DNA of 17,068 nt from a bacterium (lineage in GTDB: Bacteria > SZUA-182 > DTGQ01 > JAFGSM01). Every line of letters starts with the position of its first letter. The stretch's first letter is position 1. The DNA lies in assembly GCA_049472355.1 (NCBI GenBank), contig JBLIRP010000082.1:1-17068 (forward strand), written 5' to 3'. A program made the position numbers and the translations under genes. Below are positions 6,968-14,263 of this stretch, piece by piece. Under the pieces are notes generated by a model that saw only the letters and a program-made list of their open reading frames with translations, made no database searches and had not been told where the DNA came from.

Positions 6968-8476
6968 CTATCCTCGATTTTCACTATCGCCGAACCGCAT
7001 GCCTTCATCCAGGCGTTGCCCGATCGCCCGAACCGTTTCCAGGGTCATGTCCACGGCCTCCCCGGTCACCTGGTAGCCTGCAATGCAGGCCCGAAGGACC
7101 CGCATACCTCGTATATCGGTGCCGGACACAAGGGCCCGGCACCCGTCGGCCATTTCATTCTCGATGGCCCTGTTGAGGTCGTTGAGATAGGAGAGCCGGT
7201 CGTGATTCCGCTCATGGGTGCCGGGCGGGACATAGCGGAAGCAGCAGGTGCTGAGCACCGGCTCGCTCACCAGTTCGAAATCGTCCGCCTTGGCGATGCG
7301 GGCGGCCATGTGGCGGGCAAGGGCCATATGTCCGGCAATCATTCGCGCATAGCGGTCCGCACCATACTGCTTCAGGGCCACCCACACCTTGAGGGCGCGG
7401 TCGGTGCGGCTCAGCTCGAATCCGTATTCGTATTGATCGTGGGCCTCACCCATCTGGCTGCGCATGTACGGGGGCAGGAGCCCGAAGGTGTCCCTGAGAC
7501 CGGACCATGTCTTGGCCAGGATGCACCCGGCCTCGAAGGGGGTATTGAGCCACTTGTGCGGATCCACGCACAGGGAATCGCCACGCTCGATCCCCGCGAA
7601 AAGGTGCCGAGCCTCGGGATTGAGGGCGGCCGGCGCACCGTAGCTTCCGTCGATGTGAAACCAGAGCTTGTACCGATGGGCAATGTCGGCCAGCGCATTC
7701 AGGTCGTCCACGGCTCCGGTGTTGATGGTGCCTGCCTGGCCCACCAGGCAGAAGGGCCTGAATCCCGATTCCAGGTCATTCTGTATGGCATCCTCGAGGA
7801 GGTCCGTGCGCACCCGGAAACCGGCATCCGTGGGGACCTTGCGCAACGACTCCCTGCCCAACCCCATAAGCTCCACGGACCGGTCAAAACATGAATGCGC
7901 CTCCTCGGACGTATACACCGTCAAGGGCTCTCGGCCTGCACACCCCTTCGCGCGGATATTCCACCCCGCACACCTCACCCGCGCCATGGCCAGCCCCACC
8001 AGGTTCGCCCACGAGCCGCCGGAGGTTATGTATCCGGCGGCATTCGAAGAAAACCCGGTCATCTCTCCGAGCCACCGGGCCACGGTGATCTCCACCTGGC
8101 AACTGGCGGGCTGGTTCCGCCAGGTGGTGGGGCGGACCTTGATGGCGCCGACCAGGGCCTCGATAAGACCGGAAAGGGGCAGCGAGCCGGTGAGCACATT
8201 GGCCATGAGACAGGGATGATTGTGGTTGCCCGAGGCAGGGAGAAATTCCAGCTCGATGATGCGGAGTATCTCTTCGGGGTCCATTCCCCTGCGGGGGAGC
8301 GGGCCCCCGAGGATCGATTCCAGTCTTTCGGGTGATTGAAGGGGAGGGAAGGGCGGGCGCCGCGCGGGATCGGCAAGGTCCCTGACGATGATGTCCACGA
8401 TCCTGTACCCCAGGGCGCGGATATATTCCGGATCAAGTCCCATGTCGCTCTGTTTCCCGTCGAACTCCCTGTTCAT
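6968..8476 (-). CDS. PLP-dependent group II amino acid decarboxylase (aromatic-L-amino-acid/glutamate decarboxylase family); substrate unknown
   Basis: SGGS.AN, SEEAHSC, AGTINTGAVDDL, WFHIDGSYG, PLP-lysine motif VDPHKWL and ELSR..RALKVW. Confidence 0.92.
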   Translation of the reverse strand: MNREFDGKQSDMGLDPEYIRALGYRIVDIIVRDLADPARRPPFPPLQSPERLESILGGPLPRRGMDPEEILRIIELEFLPASGNHNHPCLMANVLTGSLPLSGLIEALVGAIKVRPTTWRNQPASCQVEITVARWLGEMTGFSSNAAGYITSGGSWANLVGLAMARVRCAGWNIRAKGCAGREPLTVYTSEEAHSCFDRSVELMGLGRESLRKVPTDAGFRVRTDLLEDAIQNDLESGFRPFCLVGQAGTINTGAVDDLNALADIAHRYKLWFHIDGSYGAPAALNPEARHLFAGIERGDSLCVDPHKWLNTPFEAGCILAKTWSGLRDTFGLLPPYMRSQMGEAHDQYEYGFELSRTDRALKVWVALKQYGADRYARMIAGHMALARHMAARIAKADDFELVSEPVLSTCCFRYVPPGTHERNHDRLSYLNDLNRAIENEMADGCRALVSGTDIRGMRVLRACIAGYQVTGEAVDMTLETVRAIGQRLDEGMRFGDSENRG

Positions 8477-8789
8477 GCATACAGATTACCCTTCCTTTCC
8501 CCAAAAAGCAAGCATTTACTATATGTTTCACGGGGAGCCTTCAGAGGGACCGAACCCTCATCAATCGGGCCGGGGATGCCTCACCGTTCGGTACGGTTTC
8601 GACGTGGACCGAGGGTTGTGCGTGCGGATCAATGCTTGCAGCGGGGATGGTCTGATGTCAAATAATGATACCGTTATGACACATTATGACTTTATGAATG
8701 TTTAATTATAAGACCATTCCATTGTATCACGCATAGTTTCATTCAATTAAGCTCAAGTAATTCAACAAAATAGTATCATCACACATGCA

Positions 8790-8805
8790 AGGCACGGCTA
8801 TTGCT
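8790..8805 (+). promoter_or_regulatory. Putative sigma-54 (-24/-12) promoter for the 8970 and 9666 genes
   Basis: AGGCACG-GCTA-TTGCT, one mismatch from TGGCACG-N4-TTGCT, in an AT-rich intergenic region ~165 nt before ATG 8970. Confidence 0.75.
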
Positions 8806-8969
8806 TTATAGTGGATTGATGATTGAATGAAGATAGAAACAGTACTGTGTCATTTATGATAAAGAGTAAACAACCTAAACAACGGAGAACGTTATGACAT
8901 TAAAATAGTACTTCAGTACATATTAATTCTCATTTTTTATTTAAACAAAATTTTTAAAAGGAGTTAAAA

Positions 8970-9515
8970 ATGAAACGCATTACACACATAGTACTGATCG
9001 TATTCTTTGTTGTCATAGCATTGTCATTATCAACTTTGGCCCAGGGTCAGGATGGATGCACAAGACCTCTGATTGCAGGCAAGGAGAATTTGATTCCCGA
9101 AGATTATACCGGGGATGTTGAAGACTATCCCGGAGCCGGAAGCGTTTCAGCAGATTTATCTGAAGACGGAAATACGTTGACTGTCGTATTTACAACACAG
9201 GAGGGATGGGAACTGCTGGAAACGCATCTGTATGTCGGCAACAATGAACCGGACAAGAGCGCACCGGGCAGGTTCCCGTATAAACATGATCCTGTGGAAA
9301 ACCCTGATACGGACACATACGAAATCAGTCTAATTGAAAGTGGAATCAGTCTGGATGGTTCTATATTCTTTGCTGCGCATGCCGCCATGCAATTCACAAA
9401 TTCTGATGGTGAAATTGTTGAGGAAACGGCATGGGCATACGGGAAAAAGATTCCCGACAGAAGCAGGAACTGGGCAATGTATTTCGAATGCACCAGCGCC
9501 ACAGGTCAGAACTGA
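8970..9515 (+). CDS. Secreted hypothetical protein (181 aa, acidic, probably beta-rich)
   Basis: Strong SD AAAGGAG, Sec signal peptide MKRITHIVLIVFFVVIALSLSTLA, and blocks that look conserved (GWELLETHLYVG, PGRFPY, AAHA, ETAWAYG, WAMYF). Lower GC than the neighbours. Confidence 0.85.
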   Translation: MKRITHIVLIVFFVVIALSLSTLAQGQDGCTRPLIAGKENLIPEDYTGDVEDYPGAGSVSADLSEDGNTLTVVFTTQEGWELLETHLYVGNNEPDKSAPGRFPYKHDPVENPDTDTYEISLIESGISLDGSIFFAAHAAMQFTNSDGEIVEETAWAYGKKIPDRSRNWAMYFECTSATGQN

Positions 9516-9553
9516 GAAGGCGAACAGCAGAACTAATCCCGTTTAACATAGAC

Positions 9554-9597
9554 GGAGGGCCCCTCTGAGCACAGCAACAGCAGCAGAGGGGCCTTCC
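9554..9597. other. Intercistronic 14-bp stem-loop
   Basis: GGAGGGCCCCTCTG / CAGAGGGGCCTTCC with a 16-nt loop made of CAG/CAA units. No T tract on either strand. Confidence 0.6.
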
Positions 9598-9665
9598 ATA
9601 GAATGGCGCGGCAACCCCGGATGGCATGCCGCATAAAGCAGTACACATACGAGAGGAGCATCACG

Positions 9666-10523
9666 ATGAAAAGACATATCCCTGAAGTGCTGCTTGTCGT
9701 TGCAGTGCTGGTCTTTCTGATGGGTAATGCCTTCGCAAAGGACATCAATCCCAATGGGTATCCCTCCGGGCCGCATTACAATCTTAATATCATAGGGAAA
9801 AAGGCCGGGTTCACCTGTCCCGAGCCGGAGACCGATCCCATGACCGGAAACCCTGCTTACGGCAATGTAATATTCATCCCCGAGGATGGAGAGGGGATTG
9901 AGATCTTCATGGAATCCGGAAAGGGAAAGAAGGCGGAGGCGATTACCAGTCTCCAGGTCGTTGATCCGTGCGCCGGGTTTGACGGTGACGGGGCGATCGT
10001 GCAACTGCCCAAAAACGAGGCAGGGTATCGCGTGTACGCACGGGCCCTGGGCAAACCGACGAATTCCCCCACCATTGTGACCAGTCCTGCATTGATCGCG
10101 GTTGAGGATGAAATCGGCAGTGATCTCATATATCTCGGATTGGTGAGCGAAGGTGGATTCACAACGCCGTCCGCATCCTTTACCCGCAATAAGGGAAAAT
10201 CAAAGGCAACAGACATCACCGGCCTCTTCGAATGGTCGGGAACCGTGTGCTACCTTTCCGCACCCGATGGCGCGTATGCCTACACGGAAGAGCGTTGCTG
10301 TATTGATTATGATGGCGACGGCACATACGACGAGTGCACGAGCCTCGTCGATGATCCGATAACAGGTGAGCCATCCTGCCCGGACGAATATACGGCGGTT
10401 ACCCTCTATTGCTCGGAATATGAGGATGAGTGGGTCTTCAATATCGGCGCCTTTGTCACCTATCTCTGGCATACCGACAACAAAGGAGTCAAGCTGCTTC
10501 AGGTTCGATTTTATCCGAATTGA
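9666..10523 (+). CDS. Secreted cysteine-rich hypothetical protein (285 aa) with a DxDxDG Ca2+-binding-type motif
   Basis: SD GAGAGGAG before ATG 9666 (preferred over 9603), signal peptide MKRHIPEVLLVVAVLVFLMGNAFA, 8 Cys, DYDGDG motif. Confidence 0.85.
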   Translation: MKRHIPEVLLVVAVLVFLMGNAFAKDINPNGYPSGPHYNLNIIGKKAGFTCPEPETDPMTGNPAYGNVIFIPEDGEGIEIFMESGKGKKAEAITSLQVVDPCAGFDGDGAIVQLPKNEAGYRVYARALGKPTNSPTIVTSPALIAVEDEIGSDLIYLGLVSEGGFTTPSASFTRNKGKSKATDITGLFEWSGTVCYLSAPDGAYAYTEERCCIDYDGDGTYDECTSLVDDPITGEPSCPDEYTAVTLYCSEYEDEWVFNIGAFVTYLWHTDNKGVKLLQVRFYPN

Positions 10524-10555
10524 CGCATACAAACAACCCCCGCACCATCCTGTTC

Positions 10556-10585
10556 ACGCCACCCCGCCGCTTGGTGGGGTGGCGT
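10556..10585. terminator. GC-rich hairpin between convergent genes, possible terminator
   Basis: ACGCCACCCCGCC-GCTT-GGTGGGGTGGCGT 13-bp stem ~30 nt after the stop at 10523, with little or no T tract. Confidence 0.5.
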
Positions 10586-10617
10586 AGTCATTTCGGGCGC
10601 AGGCATTGGATAACCTA

Positions 10618-10672
10618 CCCCACCGCAAGCAGCGGGGTATTGATGCGGGGAATTAAACCCGCAGAGATTAAA
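10618..10672 (+). repeat. Palindromic dispersed repeat, copy 2 (internally shortened)
   Basis: CCCCACCGCAAGCAGCGGGGT matches copy 1 at 18/21 and CGGGGAATTAAACCCGCAGAGATTAAA matches the copy 1 tail at 23/27. The 38-nt middle is replaced by 7 nt. Confidence 0.75.
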
Positions 10673-10709
10673 TCCGAACATCACCTTATGAAAACCGGAG
10701 GCATTGGTC

Positions 10710-12248
10710 TCAGGCAAGTTTTCGGAATTCCTCGTCGACCTCCACCTCGTCGACCTCAACGTGGGGCATGTAGTAGTCAAGGGGAGGGAAGGAATCGAGG
10801 CTCTTGGTGATGGCGGCGTCCAGAAAGGAGTCCACCCACCAGAAGATGTCGTATTTCTGGATCCTACGCCTGAGCTTGCGCATGCGGGCCCTTCGCTCAT
10901 CCTTGCTCATAACGAAGCCCTGGTAAATGGCGTCGGCAACACCTTCCATGTCGTAGGGGTTGACCAGGATGGCGTTACGATAGAGCTGTGGTGCGGCACC
11001 GGCGAATTCACTCAGGATGAGGACACTGTTCTCGTCGAGGCTGCATGCGCAGTATTCCTTCGAGACCAGGTTCATGCCGTCCTTGAGCGGGGTAATCAGT
11101 GCAATCTCCGCAGTCCGGTAATACGCGAGCAATTCCCTCCGGTTCAGGCTGCGATGCAGGTAGTAGATGGGCACCCAGCCCTTCTGGGTGAACTGGCCGT
11201 TGATCTGTCCGACAAGACGCTCTATCTCCCGCTTGATGTCCACATAGTCGTGAATGCTCGCCCTGCTCGGCACCACCACCTGGACAAGGGTCACGTTCCC
11301 CCGAAGCTCCGGATAGCGCTCCAGGGCATTGCCAAACGCCTTGAGCCGCAGGGGGATGCCCTTGGTATAGTCCAGCCGGTCAATGCCGAGGATGATCTGC
11401 CGGTTGGGGAGATTCTCGTGAAGGTACCAGGCCTCGTCGGCCACCTCCTTGCTCGCCGCCTGTGTCTTGAATGCCTCGTAATCGATGCTGATAGGGAAAT
11501 TGCCGATCCTGAGTTCCTTCTCCGGGGTGACGATCTTCGACACCTGCCCTCGTCCCTCCACCCGCACCCCCCTGACCAGGGCGCGGAGGCACTGGATGAA
11601 GTTGCACCGGTCCCGCATGGTCTGGAACCCGATCAGGTCGAATTCGAGCAGGCCCCTCAGGATCTGAAATCTCCAGGGGAGCTTCAGGAAGATGTCAAGC
11701 TGGGGGAAGGGTATATGCAGGAAAAAGCCGGTCCTGTTGGTTATCCCCAGGTTGCGCAACTCCTTGGCAACCAGCATGAGGTGATAGTCGTGGACCCAGA
11801 TATAATCATCCTTGCGCGCATTTCTGCTGATAACCTTGGCGAACTTGGCGTTGACCCGCTGATAGGCCCACCAGAACTCGGGATTGAAATCGCACCGGGA
11901 GAGAAGGTCGTGGAAAAGCGGCCAGATGATCTCGTTTGAAAAACCGTAGTAGTAAAGCTTGATGTCCTCTTCCTTCAGGACAACCGGCTTTATGGTGTAT
12001 CCGATCTGCTTCATCCCCTGGTCCGAAGGCTCCAGAAAATCGGCCCTCCCCACCTTTCCGGTCCATCCGATCCATAGTCCCCCCCTGTTTCTCAGCACAG
12101 GGGCAAGCGCCGTTACCAGTCCTCCGGAGCCCCGCTTGATCAGCCAGGCGCCGTCAGGCCCCCTGGTTATGACGATCGGGAGGCGATTGGACACAACCAC
12201 CAGGCGTTGTTTCTCCGGACCATCCTCATTGTGTATTGATGGTGACAT
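10710..12248 (-). CDS. otsA: Trehalose-6-phosphate synthase (GT20)
   Basis: VVSNRLP, GGLVTAL, WIGW.G, YYGFSNEIIWPLFH, IWVHDYHL, GFFLHIPFP, GIDRLDYTKGI, DGMNLVSKEY and ILSEFAGAA. No fused phosphatase domain. Confidence 0.96.
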   Translation of the reverse strand: MSPSIHNEDGPEKQRLVVVSNRLPIVITRGPDGAWLIKRGSGGLVTALAPVLRNRGGLWIGWTGKVGRADFLEPSDQGMKQIGYTIKPVVLKEEDIKLYYYGFSNEIIWPLFHDLLSRCDFNPEFWWAYQRVNAKFAKVISRNARKDDYIWVHDYHLMLVAKELRNLGITNRTGFFLHIPFPQLDIFLKLPWRFQILRGLLEFDLIGFQTMRDRCNFIQCLRALVRGVRVEGRGQVSKIVTPEKELRIGNFPISIDYEAFKTQAASKEVADEAWYLHENLPNRQIILGIDRLDYTKGIPLRLKAFGNALERYPELRGNVTLVQVVVPSRASIHDYVDIKREIERLVGQINGQFTQKGWVPIYYLHRSLNRRELLAYYRTAEIALITPLKDGMNLVSKEYCACSLDENSVLILSEFAGAAPQLYRNAILVNPYDMEGVADAIYQGFVMSKDERRARMRKLRRRIQKYDIFWWVDSFLDAAITKSLDSFPPLDYYMPHVEVDEVEVDEEFRKLA

Positions 12249-12287
12249 CGACCCACCCCCTCACGAAGGTTCAATCCTCTCTTTTAC

Positions 12288-12316
12288 ATTATACACCAGG
12301 GCGACGATAAGGGTAA
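12288..12316 (-). promoter_or_regulatory. Putative sigma-70-type promoter for otsA
   Basis: Minus strand TTACCC-17 nt-TATAAT (perfect -10, weak -35), ~40 nt upstream of the ATG. Confidence 0.45.
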
Positions 12317-12777
12317 GGTATTCCCGCAGGCAGATCCGCCGCCCCCCATCCCCGGCTGGATGCCGTTCCTCGAGCCGATCTTTACCTTCTGCCCGAGATC
12401 TGATATATGTCTTGTGGCGAAATCGCTCAGATGGAATGTCATTGATTCACCCCTCAAAAAATCCGGGAGCCAATGGCCTTGAGCCGAAGGGGCGCGGGCG
12501 TCATCGCCATGGTCGATATTATATTAATATTTACAACATCATAACCCATTGAACGAACGAGGTCAACCGATTCCGCGAACATCAGGTGATTCCAATTTGG
12601 ATATTGCATTGTTGCGGACGGATATCTATTGTATCTACCCAGGTTCAAGGAATGAAGGTTCAAAATCAGAATTGCCGATGAACGTCCTTGCGATGGATGA
12701 ACAGGCTGCAAGGCTGAACAATTCTTCGGAAAAACACATAATACCACTTGGAGGTATTGAGGCAAAGGAGTTAACGC

Positions 12778-14076
12778 ATGAATAATCAGACCGTTCCCCA
12801 TGATTCGGGCCCGAAAATCTACAACCTTTTTCCGCGCCTGGCCGGTACGGTGGATCACTGGTATCCCCACATCGAGCGGGCATCGGACATGGGCTTCAAC
12901 TGGCTGTACATCAATCCCTTTCACCCTACGGGAAGCTCCGGCAGCCTCTATGCCATTGTGGATCACTTCGGGTTCAATCCCCTCTTCTTCGGTCCGGTAA
13001 ATCACGACAATCCCGAAAAGGAGCTGCGAAAATTTCTTGATGAGGCCCATCGCCTCGGTCTCAGGGTCATGGCGGACCTGGTGATCAATCACACCGCTAA
13101 GCAATCACCGCTGGTAAAGGAACACCCGGACTGGTACAAGAGGGATGAAGAGGGCCACCTCATTCATCCGGGTGCCATGCACAAGGGGAAGATGGTCTAC
13201 TGGAGGGACCTCGCCGAGATCGACAACCTCGAATCACCCGACCGTGACGCCCTCTGGAACTATTGGCTCTCCGTATCCAGGCACTACCTCGATCTGGGCT
13301 TTTCAGGATTCAGGTGCGATGCCGCATATCAGGTGCCCAAGGACCTGTGGCGCTTTCTCATCCAGGCGTTGAAGGCCAAGTCCGCCGGGGTGACATTCTT
13401 TGCCGAAACCCTGGGGTGCTCGGTCGATCAGACCCTTGACGTGGCCCGATCCGGGTTCGAGTACATCTTCAACAGCTTCAAGTGGTGGGACTACCAGGAG
13501 CCCTGGTTTGTCGATCAGCACCGGCGCACCCGGCCCGTGGTTCCCTCGGTGAGCTTTCCCGAGTCCCACGACACCGCCAGGCTGGCCGCCGAGTTAAAGG
13601 ACAATCTTCCTCAGATCAAGCAGCGCTACCTTCTTTCCGCCCTCATCACCAAGGGGGTGATGATCCCCATCGGTTTTGAATTCGGGTTCCACACCCGGCT
13701 GAACGTAAAGACCACTACGGCAGAGGATTGGGAGCCGGTGAGGATCGACCTTGTAGAGTTCATCAGGCAGGTCAACCGGTTAAAGGACACCCACGGAATC
13801 TTTATGAGCGAAACCCCGCTTCGAATGATCCCGCACCCGAACAAGAATATAAGCCTGCTCCTCAAGACGATCGAGGGGCAAGAGCACTGCCTCCTGCTGA
13901 TCAACAAGAGCAAGGGACAAAAGGCGCGCCTCGAGATCGACCTCGCCGACGTATTCCCCGAACCGATCGGCGGCATCCGTGACCTCTCCCCGGAAAGGCC
14001 CCTCAAGAAGGTGCCCCACGTGCTCGACATAACCCTCTCCCCGTCCGAGGTCAAGGTCCTCCATCACACACGGTAA
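12778..14076 (+). CDS. GH13 alpha-amylase-family glycoside hydrolase/transglycosylase (cytoplasmic)
   Basis: SD AAGGAG, region I DLVINH, region II GFRCDAA (nucleophile Asp), region III AETLG (acid/base Glu), region IV ESHD. No signal peptide. Confidence 0.92.
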   Translation: MNNQTVPHDSGPKIYNLFPRLAGTVDHWYPHIERASDMGFNWLYINPFHPTGSSGSLYAIVDHFGFNPLFFGPVNHDNPEKELRKFLDEAHRLGLRVMADLVINHTAKQSPLVKEHPDWYKRDEEGHLIHPGAMHKGKMVYWRDLAEIDNLESPDRDALWNYWLSVSRHYLDLGFSGFRCDAAYQVPKDLWRFLIQALKAKSAGVTFFAETLGCSVDQTLDVARSGFEYIFNSFKWWDYQEPWFVDQHRRTRPVVPSVSFPESHDTARLAAELKDNLPQIKQRYLLSALITKGVMIPIGFEFGFHTRLNVKTTTAEDWEPVRIDLVEFIRQVNRLKDTHGIFMSETPLRMIPHPNKNISLLLKTIEGQEHCLLLINKSKGQKARLEIDLADVFPEPIGGIRDLSPERPLKKVPHVLDITLSPSEVKVLHHTR

Positions 14077-14176
14077 AAGATTCATGTGCATGGGCTTCCA
14101 TGTCTTTGATATACACCGAGGTCACGGCATTCCGCCATGCATGCTGGGTGAGCGGCTTGCTTTTAGCTCTTCGGGC

Positions 14177-14259
14177 AATCCCATGGGCGTTAATTCCCCG
14201 AGGCTTGATTCGTCAAAGTAATAGGTTTTGTTTTAGGTATCCCGCCGCAAGCGGCGGGG
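14177..14259 (-). repeat. Palindromic dispersed repeat, copy 3, immediately after the antiporter stop codon
   Basis: Reverse complement CCCCGCCGCTTGCGGCGGGATACCTAAAACAAAACCTATTACTTTGACGAATCAAGCCTCGGGGAATTA aligns without gaps to 3222-3290 at 50/69. Confidence 0.8.
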
Positions 14260-14263
14260 GTGT

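Noticed and set aside
7016..8335. Several plus-strand ORFs (292, 183 and 146 aa)
   Set aside because: Antisense shadows of the decarboxylase gene.
9603..9665. N-terminal extension of the 306-aa ORF
   Set aside because: ATG 9666 has a strong SD and starts a clean signal peptide.
10704..11939. 411-aa plus-strand ORF
   Set aside because: Antisense shadow of otsA with no recognisable motifs; expected in GC-rich coding DNA.
12454..13104. 216-aa minus-strand ORF and the short plus-strand ORF 12549-12785
   Set aside because: The first is largely antisense to the GH13 gene. The second has a TTG start, no clear SD and no recognisable features.
3222..14259. Palindromic repeats as a CRISPR array
   Set aside because: Copies are kilobases apart, in both orientations, with no spacers and no cas genes.
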